A stretch of DNA of 64,000 nucleotides from an uncultured Chloroflexia bacterium. Lineage in GTDB: Bacteria > Chloroflexota > Limnocylindria > Limnocylindrales > CSP1-4. This document shows positions 38,431 to 49,362 of the stretch, piece by piece (positions within the stretch are counted from its first letter, which is position 1; each line of letters opens with the position of its first letter). The notes beneath the pieces were generated by a model that saw nothing but the letters and a program-made list of their open reading frames with translations, did not search any database and had not been told where the DNA came from. The position numbers were made by a program, and so were the translations under genes. The stretch is from the NCBI GenBank assembly GCA_963828165.1, contig CAWHDR010000001.1, positions 2,112,001 through 2,176,000 of the forward strand, in the 5' to 3' direction.

Positions 38431-39832
38431 ATGCACACCAAGCGAACCATGGCACTGGCCCTGGCGGCGATCCTCGCCGTCATGGCCTGCACCCCCGCAG
38501 TCGCCCCGTCGGCGAGCGCGCCGGCCTCGCAGCCGCCCGCGTCCCAGCCGCCGGCCAGCACGGAACCCTCGGCACCCGCCGCGTCTCCGTCGGAGGCGGC
38601 ACTCGCCGTTGATCCGGCCGAAGCCGTCATCCCGAACGTCGAGCCCAACGCGGAGATCGGCTTCTGGACGTTCTTCCTGTCGCCGACCTTCGACGGGTAC
38701 ATCGCCGAGACGATCGCCCGCTTCGAGGCCACGTACCCCGGCGTCAAGGTCAACTGGGAAGACCATCAAGGCACCTTCCAGGAGGACCTCAACAACGCGT
38801 TCTCCGCGGGCAACGCACCCGACGTCATCAACCTGTCGGTCGGTGAGGGCTGGGTCGCGGACTACGCCAGCCGAGGCGTCCTTCTGGACCTCGATGCGAG
38901 CGTGCCCCAGGAAGTCAAGGACATCTACTTCGAGGGTCTCTGGAAGTCGCAGCTGGTGGACGGCAAGAACTTCCAGTTCCCGTGGTACCAGGGCATCGCG
39001 GTCGAGCTCATCAACAAGCGCATCTACGAAGAGGGCGCCGGGCTGGCCGTCGCCGATTTCCCGAAGACGACGGATGGCCTGCCGGCCGTCTGCAAGACCA
39101 TCAAGGACAAGACCGGGGCGCTGTGCGACGTCCGCCTCACGGTCAACGACCTGCTCGCGCAGATGACCTACGAGGGCGACGTCGACGTCCTTGCCGCCGA
39201 CGGCAAGAGCTTCACCTTCGACTCCGCCGCTGGCGTCGAGTGGCTGCAGATGTACGTGGACATGGTCAAGGAAGGCAGCGTCGACACCGCCGCGCTGACC
39301 ACGGCGGAAGACCGCGTCGGCCTGCTGATCTTCTCGGCCGGGCAGGCGCCGTTCTACCAGACCGGCCCGAACCTCATCCGCGAGGTCAAGTCGAACAACG
39401 CCGTCGCTCTACGAGGATCTGGCCGTCGTGCCCGCGCCCGTCGGCAAGTCCGGCGTCGTCGGCAAGGGCTCGATGGGCATCTCGGTCAAGGGAGACACCA
39501 AGTTCCCGAACGCGTCCATCGCGCTCGCGCAGTTCTTCACGAACCCGCGGAGCATGGTCGATTTCGCCAAGCAGGTGGCCGTCTACCCGTCGTCCGCGGC
39601 GGCCTATGACGACCCGTTCTTCAGCTCGCAGCCCGAGCTGATCGAGGACAGCGCGCGCCCGATCGCCAGGGACATCGTGTCCAAGTACGCCGACATCGTC
39701 CCGACGGTGCCCAAGAAGGCGGACGTCAACGCGATCGTGCTCGACGCCATCGAGTCCGCGCTCTTCAACGACGTGCCGGCTCAGCAGGCGCTGACCGACG
39801 CCGTCGCGGAGGCGAACAAGCTGATCGAATAG
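38431..39832 (+). CDS. carbohydrate ABC transporter substrate-binding lipoprotein (frameshift near 39405)
   Basis: Lipobox VMAC, FEATYPGVKV, APDVINL; continues in ORF 39428-39832. Confidence 0.88.
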
Positions 39833-39853
39833 CGACTGGCTCCGCCCGTCACC

Positions 39854-39887
39854 CTGGCCCGCCTCCCGTCCCCCGGGGGCGGGCCAG
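39854..39887 (+). terminator. GC-rich intercistronic stem-loop after the binding-protein gene
   Basis: CTGGCCCGCC...GGCGGGCCAG; no U-tract, so possibly an mRNA stabiliser. Confidence 0.5.
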
Positions 39888-39924
39888 TCCACCGTCACAA
39901 GGCTCGTACCATCAGGACCGACCG

Positions 39925-40805
39925 ATGACCCGGAAGCGCTCGATCACGCCGTACCTGTTCCTGTTGCCCGCGCTGGCCCTGCTGGGCGTGTTCGTCGTGT
40001 ACCCGATCATCGCGGTCGTCTACTACAGCTTCACCGACTACGACATCATCCGGCCGCCGGTCTTCGCCGGCCTCGACAACTACCAGCGCCTGATCGAGGA
40101 CGAGACGTTCTGGCTGGCGCTGACGCACTCGTTCGTCTACCTGCTGGTCACCCCGATCCTCATCGTGCTGTCGATCGCGCTCGCCATCGTCGTCAACCGC
40201 AAGCTGCGCGGGATCCACCTCTACCGGGCGCTGTACTTCGTGCCCGCGGTCAGCGGCAGCATCGCCATCGGGCTGTCGTGGCGCTGGCTGTTCGACCGGA
40301 CCGGGTTCATCAACGGCGTGCTCCAGTCATGGGGCGTCATCGACCAGCCGGTCCAGTGGCTCACGACGCCGTCGCTCGTGCTGCCGATCGCGATGATGCT
40401 CACGATCTGGGCGGGCATCGGCTACTACGCGGTCATCTTCCTGGCCGGGCTCCAGAACGTGAACGAGGAGCTGTACGACGCGGCCCGCATCGACGGCTGC
40501 ACCGACCTCCAGAAGCACCGCTACGTCAGCGTCGCCGGCGCTCCGCCCGCAGATCGTGTTCGTGGCGGTCATCTCGAGCCTCGCCGCGCTCAAGGTCTTC
40601 GACGAGATCTACGTCCTCACGAACCGGACCGGCGGCATCCTCGATAGCGGGCGTGACGATGGTCTTCTACCTGTGGCAGCAGGCCTTCCAGCGCAGCAAC
40701 GCGGGCTACGCATCGGCGATCGCGATCGCGCTGCTGGTCGTGACCTTGGCGTTCTCGATCGTCAACGTCCGGCTGCTCGAGCGCGGGGGCCAGGGCGAGG
40801 GATGA
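39925..40805 (+). CDS. carbohydrate ABC transporter permease (frameshifted)
   Basis: PYLFLLPAL, GLDNYQRL, EELYDAARIDG EAA loop. Confidence 0.9.
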
Positions 40806-41723
40806 GCGACGTGCGCGCCCGTTGTCCACGCCGCTGGCGTCGTCGCTGACGGCGGGCGAAGCGGCCGAGGGCGCTTCTCGTCGGCGGGCACGGCGGCGCG
40901 GTCGCTGGCTGCGCGATGGCGGCTGGTATGCCGTGCTGTCCGCGCTCGCCGTGGTCACGGTCTTCCCGTTCGTGTGGATGCTGCTGACCTCGCTCAAGGG
41001 TCCGGCCGACGTCATCACCTCGGTGCCGCCGCAGTTCCTGCCGAACGACCCGACGCTCGCGAACTACGCCAAGGTGCTGGGACAGCCTGCCGATCGCGAG
41101 CTTCTTCCTCAACAGCGCCACGGTCGCCGTCGCGACGGGGCTGCTGAACGTGCTGGTCGCGGCGCTGGCCGCGTACCCGCTGGCGAAGATGCGGTTCCTG
41201 GGCCGCGAGGCGATCTTCTACGCCCTGCTGGCGACGCTGATCGTGCCGGCCCAGCTGACCTACATCCCGAGCTTCGTCCTGGCGGTCAACGTCTTCGGCT
41301 ACTACGACTCGCTGCCGGCGCTGATCTTCCCGAACATCGTGAGCGCCTTCAACATCTTCCTGCTGCGCCAGGCGTTCCGCGGCGTGCCCGAGCGACCTGA
41401 TCGATGCCGCCCGCGTCGACGGGGCGGGGGAGTGGCGGATCTGGTGGTCGATCCTGCTGCCGATCGTCCGGCCGTCGCTGGCCGCGGTCGCGATCTTCAC
41501 GTTCGTCACGTCGTGGAACGACTTCCTGTGGCCGTCGCTGATGCTGCACACGCCCGAGGGCATGACGCTGCCGGTCGGCCTGGCCGCGCTGCAGGGGTTC
41601 TTCGCCTCCGACTTCCGGTCGATCGCGGCGGGCGTGACGATGACGGTCGTGCCGATCCTGCTGTTCTTCATCGTGGTCCAGCGCTACTTCGTGCGGGGCC
41701 TGGCGGGGGCGGTGAAGGGGTGA
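40802..41723 (+). CDS. carbohydrate ABC transporter permease (frameshifted)
   Basis: PFVWMLLTSLK, AAYPLAKMRF.GR, IFLLRQAF, QRYFVRGLAGAVKG. Confidence 0.88.
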
Positions 41724-43366
41724 CTGTCGTCGATCCTGGGCCGGGTGATGCTCGCGTTCGAGGGGGAGGTGCTGCCCGGCCCGGATCGCCGAGCGCGCTC
41801 GCGGCGGCGCCGGCGGCGGGGATGACGCTGTTCCGGTATCACAACGTCCGGTCTCCGGGTCAGGTCCTGGAGCTGACCTCCGCTTTCCAGCGAGCGGGCG
41901 CGGCGGACCCCCACGCCGCGCCCGCCGACGTCCCGGGTCCCTCGCCGATGCTCGTCGCGGCCGACCAGGAGGGCGGCCAGTTCATCGGCCTCGGTGACGG
42001 GCTCGACGGCGTTCGCCGGGAACATGGCCCTGGGCGCGGTCGACGATGCGGCGCTCACGGAGCGGGTCGGGCACGCGATCGGTACCGAGGCCCGAGCGAT
42101 GGGCGTCAACGTGGTCTACGCGCCGGTCCTGGATCTCGCCACGGACCCCGCCAACCCGGCGCTCGGGATCCGGTCGTTCGGCGACTCGCCTGAGGCAGTC
42201 GGGCGCGCATGGGGCCGCGATGGTCCGCGGCCTCCAGGCGGCCGGGGTGGCCGCCACGGTCAAGCACGCCCCGGGGATGGGGCACATCTCGAGCGATACG
42301 CACCACGGCCTGGCGGTCGTCTCGGCGGCACGCGTTCCGTGCTGGACGACCGCGAGTTCGTGCCGTTCCGTGCCGCGCTTCGCGGCCGGGGCCCGGCTCG
42401 CGATGTCGGGGCACATGGCGCTGCCGGCCGTGACCGGTCGCGACGACCTGCCCGGGACGCTGTCGCGGGCCGTGATGACCGACCTGCTGCGGCGCGATCT
42501 CGGCTTCGAGGGAGTGACGATCTCCGACGCGCTCGACATGCGGGCACTCGCCCAGGGCCCGGCCCAGGTCGCTCGACGTCATCGCGGCCGTCCGGGCGGG
42601 CGTCGACCTGTTGCTCGCCGTCGGCCGATCCCGAGGCGCTGGCCCGTATCGAGGAGACGCTCGTCCGGGCCGTGGCCCGCGAGCTGCTCGATCCGGCCGA
42701 GGTGGCTGCCACGGAACGTCGTGTGGCCGCGCTCCGGGCGTGGCTCGGCTCGGCCGGGCCGGCACCGGACCTGTCGGTCGTCGGCTGCGCGGAGCACCGC
42801 GGCCCTCGCCGACGGAGCTCGCCGCCCGCTCGATCACGCTCGTCCGCGACCCGGCGCGGGCTCCTGCCGCTGCTCCGCGCGAGTCCGGCCCGATCCTCGC
42901 CGTCATGCCGCGCCCGGCCGACCTCACCCCGGCCGACACCTCCTCGACCGTCGCACCCGTGCTCGCCGCCGCGCTGCGCCGCCATTTCCGGGACGTCGAC
43001 GAGATCGTCGTGGACCAGACCCCGGACCACGGCTCGATCGCCGCCGTGCGCGACCGGGCGGCAGCCGCTCGCGCCGTGGTCATCGGCACGATCGACGGCC
43101 ATCGCCAGCCCTCCCAGATCGACCTGGTCCAGGCGATCGCCTCCACCGGCACGCCGGTCATCGCCGTCGCGCTGCGCGGCCCGTGGGACGTCGCGGCGTA
43201 CCCCGCCAACGTCACGGCCCTCGCGACCTACTCCATCCTGCCCGCGTCGCTCGATGCCCTCGCCGCGGTCCTCGCCGGCCAGGCCGAGGCGCCCGGTCGC
43301 CTGCCCGTCCGCGAGGGGGCGATGACGCCCCGGCCGCCTGCCGGCCAGACCACCCTGGGACGATGA
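41720..43366 (+). CDS. GH3 beta-N-acetylhexosaminidase (NagZ-like) with C-terminal domain (several frameshifts; 3' end uncertain)
   Basis: ADQEGG, APVLD....NP.LGIRSFG, KHAPGMG...DTH, ISDALDMRA. Confidence 0.85.
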
Positions 43367-43430
43367 CGCCCGCGTCGACCTGCCGTCCGGACCGGCCTCG
43401 GACGATCACGCCCGCGTCGACGCCGAGCCC
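43320..43430. repeat. degenerate ~42-bp tandem repeat, about 2.7 copies
   Basis: CGAT(G/C)ACGCCC... at 43320, 43361 and 43403. Confidence 0.7.
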
Positions 43431-43630
43431 AACTCCGCCAGATGTATCGCCCATGGAACGTACGGCGGGGAATCGATGCTCGATCGGACCTGACCGGGTC
43501 GCATCTTGGCCCGTCGCCAGCGGGACCGTGCACGATCCGAGCGTCGGCAGCCACTCGAGGGTCCTCGGCGGGGTCGCTGCAGGCGGTCGAGTCCGCCTAA
43601 CGTTCCCGCGGAGGCACATCTGGCGGAGTC
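43431..43630. mobile_element. MITE/REPIN-like element copy 2, inverted relative to copy 1
   Basis: AACTCCGCCAGATGTATCGCCCATGGAACGTACGGCGG ... CCGCCTAACGTTCCCGCGGAGGCACATCTGGCGGAGTC. Confidence 0.65.
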
Positions 43631-43700
43631 CTGATCGTCATGGCGGTCGAATGACCGGCGGCGCCCTGCACGGCCCCACGCGGTCTGACACCATCGGGTC

Positions 43701-44738
43701 ATGAGCCTGCGCGACGAGATCCTCGAGCAGCCCGAGGTCGCCGCCCGTTTCCTCCGCCGCGCGCCCGAGGTCGTCGGCCCGCTGGCCGACGCGATCCGCG
43801 CGCGCGACGTCGATCATGTCGTCATCGCCGCCCGCGGTACCAGCGACCACGCGGCGATCTATGCCCAGTACGTGCTCGGTGTCCGCCACGCGCTGTCAGT
43901 CGGGCTGAGTGCGCCGTCGGTGATCTCGTTGTACGGCGCGGAGCCGCGGCTCGATCGGTCGCTCGTCGTGGGCATCAGCCAGTCGGGCGCTTCGCCGGAT
44001 GTCGTCGCGGTCATCGAGGCGGGGCGCCGTCACGGCGCGCCGACGCTGGCCATCACGAACGACCCGGACTCGGCGCTCGCGAACGCCGCGGAGACGACCA
44101 TCGACCTCGGCGCGGGGCCGGAGCTCGCGATCGCCGCGACGAAGACGTACACGACCGAGCTCCTGGCGGTCGCTGCCCTGTCGGCGGCGATGTCGCGCGA
44201 CCCGGCCGACGCGACGGCGCTCGCCGCGATCCCGGATGCCCTCGCCGGCGCCCTCGCCCTCGAACCCGATGTCGAGACGATGGCGGCCGAGCAAGCGGAT
44301 GCCGATCGGCTGCTCGTCCTCGCGCGCGGCTACGAATACGCGACCGCGCGCGAATGGGCCCTCAAACTCAAGGAACTGGCGCGAGTGTTCGCCGACCCGT
44401 ACTCGGCCGCCGACTTCGAGCACGGGCCGCTCGCCCTGCTCGAGCCCGGCGTTCCGGTCCTCGCAACGGTCCGGCCCGGCCCGACGTACACGTCGCTGGT
44501 GGCGTTGCTGCGGCGGCTACGGGCGGATCTCGAGGCCGACCTCGCGATCGTGTCGGACGCCGACGACGCGCTGGCGCTCGCGCGGTGGCCGTTCCGCTTG
44601 CCGTCTGGCACCCCGGAATGGCTCGGGCCGATCGTCTCGATCGTCGTCGGGCAGCTCCACGCGCTCTACCTGACGCGCGCTCGCGGCCACGACCCGGAGG
44701 TGCCGCGCAACCTCAACAAGGTGACCCGGACGCGCTGA
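43701..44738 (+). CDS. double SIS-domain protein (glucosamine-6-phosphate deaminase, NagB-II type)
   Basis: EILEQP, AARGTSDHA, ISQSGASPD, AATKTY, ALKLKE, HGPLAL, RNLNKVT; no glutaminase domain. Confidence 0.88.
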   Translation: MSLRDEILEQPEVAARFLRRAPEVVGPLADAIRARDVDHVVIAARGTSDHAAIYAQYVLGVRHALSVGLSAPSVISLYGAEPRLDRSLVVGISQSGASPDVVAVIEAGRRHGAPTLAITNDPDSALANAAETTIDLGAGPELAIAATKTYTTELLAVAALSAAMSRDPADATALAAIPDALAGALALEPDVETMAAEQADADRLLVLARGYEYATAREWALKLKELARVFADPYSAADFEHGPLALLEPGVPVLATVRPGPTYTSLVALLRRLRADLEADLAIVSDADDALALARWPFRLPSGTPEWLGPIVSIVVGQLHALYLTRARGHDPEVPRNLNKVTRTR

Positions 44739-44951
44739 ACCGACCCGCCCGACCGCGCTCGGGCATCCGACCTATCTCGCGCGAGGGTGAGACCGAGGCG
44801 CCGGCGGCGCGAGACGCCGTCGAGCGACGGCGCGGTGTGGACCCGAACGCTGTGCCTCCCTGGGCGACGCGGCCGCGTCACTGAAACCTTCCGGCCCGCC
44901 GCGGTCTCAGAGAAGCAGTGAGTCCTGTCGCCCGTCCCCGGAGGTCCGTCC

Positions 44952-46334
44952 GTGCGTTCCGTCGTCCCGCCCGCCTCGTCCCGTCGCCGCATCCGCCTCG
45001 TGCTGGGCTTCGCGGCGATGATCTACGCCGTGTCCGTCGTGGGAGTCGCGACCGTCGTCGCCCACGACTTCGACGTCGGGACACCCGACGTGACGATCAC
45101 GATCCGATCCGGCCTGAGTGACCGCGACGTGCGCGTGTCGGTCGGCGACGTCGTCCGATTCGTGAACCGCGACGACGATCGTCACCGGATGCGGTCACGC
45201 TCGGGGCAGGAGTTCGATACGGGGAACCTGGAGCCTGGCGACTCGTACCAGGTGCGCCTGTCGGTCGCGGGCACGTACGCCTACCTGGATGAGCGGAACG
45301 ATGACGCGGCCGCGTACCGCGGGCGGATCGTGGTCGTCTCGGGCTCGGGCTCGGGTGGTGGTTCGGCGGGGGGCACGACCCCGCCGTCAGGCGGCTCGGC
45401 GGGCGGTTCGGCCGGCGGTGGCGCGGCGTCCAGCGCGACGATGACGATCGGTGACGACTTCTATGACCCGACATCGGTGCGGATCGCGGTCGGTGGCACG
45501 GTCGAGTTCCGGAACAGCGGCGGCGACGAGCATTCCGCGACGTCCTCCGCGTTCGACACCGGGGTCCTGGGCAGCGGCGCGTCGGTCAGGAAGACGTTCC
45601 CGTCCGCCGGCACGTTCGCGTTCCTGTGCATCTTCCATTCCGATATGCGCGGCACGATCGAGGTCGTGGCCCCGGACGGGGGCGGCGATCTGACCGAACC
45701 GGACGCCCCGCGCCCCACCCCGACCCCGACGCCATCCGCGGTGCCCGCGCCGGCCGCCGACCCCACGCCGAAGCTGGTCGGTGCTCCGTTCCAGGTGTCC
45801 GTGGACGCCGCCGATTTCGCGTTCCGTCCCGCGACCATCGAGGTCGCAGCCGGGGGCCGGGTCACCTGGACGAATCGGGGCGTGGCTCCGCATTCGGTCA
45901 CGGCGAAGGACGGCGCGTTCGACAGCGGGATGCTCGAGCGTCGCGCGACGTTCGCGCGGACCTTCGCGACGGCGGGCTCGTATGCCTACCTCTGTGCGTT
46001 CCACCCCGAGATGACCGCGACCGTGCGGGTCGTGGCGGCCACCTCGGGGAATGGCGCGAGCGCCGCGGTCGACCCGGCGGCGGCCGGTGGCAGGGCGACC
46101 GAGTCGGTGGCACCGAGCGCCGACGCGGCGGCAGTTGGCGAGGCGGCGCCCTCCGATGCGGCAGACCCACCCACGGAGGTGCCCGCCACCCAGGTCGCCG
46201 CCGACGGCAACCCAGCCACCGACGTCTCGAGCCTGGCCGGCATCGTGCTCACGGTAACGCTCGTGTCCGCGGCCGCCGCACTCTTCTCGAGGGTTGTTCG
46301 CGGCACGGTGCGCGACCCCGGTCGAAGCGACTGA
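44952..46334 (+). CDS. membrane-anchored protein with three cupredoxin/plastocyanin-like domains
   Basis: H...FDTG..FLCIFHSDM and H...FDSG..YLCAFHPEM; N-terminal leader, C-terminal TM helix. Confidence 0.85.
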   Translation: MRSVVPPASSRRRIRLVLGFAAMIYAVSVVGVATVVAHDFDVGTPDVTITIRSGLSDRDVRVSVGDVVRFVNRDDDRHRMRSRSGQEFDTGNLEPGDSYQVRLSVAGTYAYLDERNDDAAAYRGRIVVVSGSGSGGGSAGGTTPPSGGSAGGSAGGGAASSATMTIGDDFYDPTSVRIAVGGTVEFRNSGGDEHSATSSAFDTGVLGSGASVRKTFPSAGTFAFLCIFHSDMRGTIEVVAPDGGGDLTEPDAPRPTPTPTPSAVPAPAADPTPKLVGAPFQVSVDAADFAFRPATIEVAAGGRVTWTNRGVAPHSVTAKDGAFDSGMLERRATFARTFATAGSYAYLCAFHPEMTATVRVVAATSGNGASAAVDPAAAGGRATESVAPSADAAAVGEAAPSDAADPPTEVPATQVAADGNPATDVSSLAGIVLTVTLVSAAAALFSRVVRGTVRDPGRSD

Positions 46335-46364
46335 AGGGCCTGGCCACCGGACCGATCGTCGGGG

Positions 46365-47312
46365 CTAGAGCCCGCTGTACGAGTGCAGGCCGCTGAACCA
46401 GAGCGAGCCGGAATACGTGACGAGGACCATCCCGAAGCCCACCACCAGCAGGAGCGCGGCCGGCCGGCCCGCCCATGAGCGACGGTTGCGGGCGTGGAGG
46501 TAGACCGCATAGGTCAGCCACGTCACGAGGGCCGCGGTCTCCTTCGGATCCCAGCCCCAGTAGCGCGACCAGGCGATCGAGGCCCACCAGGAGCCCAGGA
46601 TGATCATCGTGGCGAAGATGGGGAACCCGATGATCACGGCCCGGTAGGCGACCTCGTCGAGCACCTTGTGTGGCGGCAGCCAGGCGAACCGGTCGTCCTG
46701 ACCCTGGATCAGGTAGGCGACCCCGGCCGCGAAGGCGGTCGCGAAGATCCCGTACGAGAGGACCGCCATCCCGACGTGGATCGTGAGCAGCGGTGGGTTC
46801 TGGAGAGCCGGCACGAGCCGCGAGATCTCCGACGGCAGGCTCGATGCATAGAGGAGCAGCATCAGGGCCACGCCGAGCGGGATGAACCCGATGGAGCGGA
46901 TGGCGTAGCGACGAGACAGGACCAGGTAGCCCGCCACCATCGACGTCGAGAACGCGACCGTGAACTCGAACATGTTGCCCCACGGACCTCGGCCCACCAC
47001 GATGCCGCGCAGGAGGAGGGAGACCCCAAGGAACGCCACGGCCAGGGTGGACAGCACGGTCGCCGCCCGGGACAACGGGCTCGGCGCGGCGGCCAGGGTG
47101 GGCCCGCTGGTCGCCGCTCGGGTCGACTCCGTCACGAACGAGCCGGTCACCACGCCCGCGAAGGCCGGCTGGCGAGCGGCGCTCAGGACGGGGAGCGCCG
47201 CTCGGCGGCCGTTGGCCAGCATCACCGCGTGTCCGACATGCGCCGCGAACCCGAGCGCCACGAAGACGACACCGATCGGGAAGAGCGCGGTGGACAGCTC
47301 CGCCATGGTCAT
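46365..47312 (-). CDS. ccsB: system II cytochrome c biogenesis protein (CcsA/ResC family)
   Basis: PWGNMFE, LVPALQ, IHV, WASIAWSRYWGWDPKET, GLHSY. Confidence 0.92.
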   Translation of the reverse strand: MTMAELSTALFPIGVVFVALGFAAHVGHAVMLANGRRAALPVLSAARQPAFAGVVTGSFVTESTRAATSGPTLAAAPSPLSRAATVLSTLAVAFLGVSLLLRGIVVGRGPWGNMFEFTVAFSTSMVAGYLVLSRRYAIRSIGFIPLGVALMLLLYASSLPSEISRLVPALQNPPLLTIHVGMAVLSYGIFATAFAAGVAYLIQGQDDRFAWLPPHKVLDEVAYRAVIIGFPIFATMIILGSWWASIAWSRYWGWDPKETAALVTWLTYAVYLHARNRRSWAGRPAALLLVVGFGMVLVTYSGSLWFSGLHSYSGL

Positions 47313-47389
47313 CGTGTCAGGAGACGCCCGAACACGGTCGCGGGTTGCGAAGCGAGCGTCGCGGTGTCACGGGTCATCGATCGTTCGGG

Positions 47390-47878
47390 TCAGGCGACCG
47401 CTGCGCCGCCGGGCTTCGGCCCGGATGCCGCACGGCGCACGACGACCGAGCGTGGCTTGACCTTGAGCACGAGTCCGCAGTTCGTGCAGGTGTCGACCAT
47501 CGCCATCCGACCGAGCCCGCACATGGGGCAGATGACGGCCAGCGGGTCCTGGCAGCGCTCGCATCGCGCAGTTCCCGACGGATAGATGAGCCCATCGCGC
47601 CGGCAATGGGGCAACCCCGGCTGGAAGATCGGCTGGCCGTCTGCGCCGATGGCCGCGACGGTCGGACCTTCCTCGAATCGAACGCCCTTCACCCGGGGCT
47701 TGCGGAACTGGTAGATGACGATCCCGAGCGGCAGCAGCGTCAACAGCGGCCCCACGACGCCCAGGAAGATCAGGAGCGGCAGCAGCCCGATGATCGCGTT
47801 CCAGTCCGGGATCACGAACTGGGTCATGATCTCGAGGAGCCCGGTCCACATCTCGTTGAGCGTGTCGACGATCGTCAC
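47390..47878 (-). CDS. membrane protein with C-terminal zinc ribbons
   Basis: TM helix; CERC, CPMC, CTNC. Confidence 0.7.
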   Translation of the reverse strand: MTIVDTLNEMWTGLLEIMTQFVIPDWNAIIGLLPLLIFLGVVGPLLTLLPLGIVIYQFRKPRVKGVRFEEGPTVAAIGADGQPIFQPGLPHCRRDGLIYPSGTARCERCQDPLAVICPMCGLGRMAMVDTCTNCGLVLKVKPRSVVVRRAASGPKPGGAAVA

Positions 47879-48459
47879 GACGGCATGCTACCCGAGGACG
47901 GTCGCCCCCGGCGCGGGTTGCCTCGCTTCGTGGTTGCGCCGCGTCCCGGCTTCCAGCGCTGCGGTTCCGTAGCGGGGTCGCGCTCCTCCGGAGGGCGAAC
48001 GGCGGCAGGCCGGCGGTTGCCGACGGACGGCGCCGACAACTTCGGGCGCTCGAGCCTGCCGAGAAGCCACGCCGAGCCCGCGGTCCGGGCGCCCTTCGCG
48101 CGCAGCGACGCCCGGAGTGCGTGGTCGTCGCTGACCACGAGCAGCGCGCCGGTCGCCGCCGCCCCCGCGACAGCCCGTGTCTCATCCACGAGCGACAGCA
48201 AGACCTCGTCGGCGGTGCGCCGACCGGAATGGCGCACGATCAGTCCCGCCGCGACGCGCTCGCCGCGCATCCCCCGATCCGGCGCCCCGTCGAACACCAG
48301 CTCGATACCGATGGCGGCCGGGACGATCGCCCGCAGCCGACCGATCAACGCGGCCTGCGGCGCCGCGCCGGGCTTGCGCGACAGCGCGTGGAGGAGATTC
48401 GTGCCGTCGATGAGCAGTCGATCGGTGCCGGTCAGCGGGTCGCGCGGAAGCGTCGTCAC
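47875..48459 (-). CDS. NYN/YacP-like PIN domain protein
   Basis: LIDGTNL, VFDG, TADEV, VVSDD. Confidence 0.8.
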   Translation of the reverse strand: MTTLPRDPLTGTDRLLIDGTNLLHALSRKPGAAPQAALIGRLRAIVPAAIGIELVFDGAPDRGMRGERVAAGLIVRHSGRRTADEVLLSLVDETRAVAGAAATGALLVVSDDHALRASLRAKGARTAGSAWLLGRLERPKLSAPSVGNRRPAAVRPPEERDPATEPQRWKPGRGATTKRGNPRRGRPSSGSMPS

Positions 48460-48504
48460 GACGCCATCCTACGCGCGGTCCGAGCGGCGGCTACGATCGG
48501 CCGC

Positions 48505-49350
48505 GTGAGCCTCCTTCTCCTCGTCGACCTCGACGGTGTCGTCTACCGCGGCGCCGACCCCGTGCCCGGTGTGGCCGAGGTCCTCGCCGACCGAGCCGCT
48601 CGCGGAGACGACGTGGTGTACGTGACCAACAACTCGATGCACTACCGCGCCGACTACGTGACCCGGCTCACGGCCATGGGCGCGCCGATCACGGCCGACA
48701 CGGTCGTCTCGTCGGCGCGGGCCACGGCGCTCCACCTGGTGACCCACGAGGTGGGGATCCGGCGCGTCCTCGTCGTCGGCGGGGGCGGTCTCGAGCGTGA
48801 GCTGCGCGACGTCGGGCTCGAGGTGGTGACCGCCGCTCACGCCGCCACCCGGATGCACCAGGAGGGCATCGATGGCTGGGCGGCCGCCGGCGCCCCGGAC
48901 GCGGTCGTCACCGGCCTCGACCCGAACCTCACCTACCTGCGCCTCGCGGCGGCCGCCGATTGCGTGCGTGCCGGCGCTCGATCCATCGCGACGAACCGCG
49001 ACCCGGTCTACCCCACCGAGCGGGGCCTCCGCCCGGGGGCGGGCGCCGTGGCCGCGGCCCTCGAGGCGACGACCGGGGTCACGCCGCTCTCGATCGGCAA
49101 GCCCGAGCCGAACCTGCTGGAACTTGCCGCCGAGGCCGTCGGTCGGCACGCCAGCGAGGCGATCATGATCGGCGACGGGATCGGGACGGACCTCGCCGCG
49201 GCACGGGCGGTCGGGGCGCGCTGCGTGGTCATGCTGACCGGCATCAGTACCCGCGAGGACGTCGACGCTCTCCCGGCTCACGAGCAGCCGACCGCGATCG
49301 CCGCGGATGCGACCGAGCTTGCCGCCGCCCTGGAGTCGTTCGCCGGGTAG
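48505..49350 (+). CDS. HAD-IIA (NagD-like) phosphatase
   Basis: DLDGVVY, VTNNS, ATNRD, IGKP, MIGD...TD. Confidence 0.9.
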   Translation: MSLLLLVDLDGVVYRGADPVPGVAEVLADRAARGDDVVYVTNNSMHYRADYVTRLTAMGAPITADTVVSSARATALHLVTHEVGIRRVLVVGGGGLERELRDVGLEVVTAAHAATRMHQEGIDGWAAAGAPDAVVTGLDPNLTYLRLAAAADCVRAGARSIATNRDPVYPTERGLRPGAGAVAAALEATTGVTPLSIGKPEPNLLELAAEAVGRHASEAIMIGDGIGTDLAAARAVGARCVVMLTGISTREDVDALPAHEQPTAIAADATELAAALESFAG

Positions 49351-49362
49351 CGGGCGCGCCAG

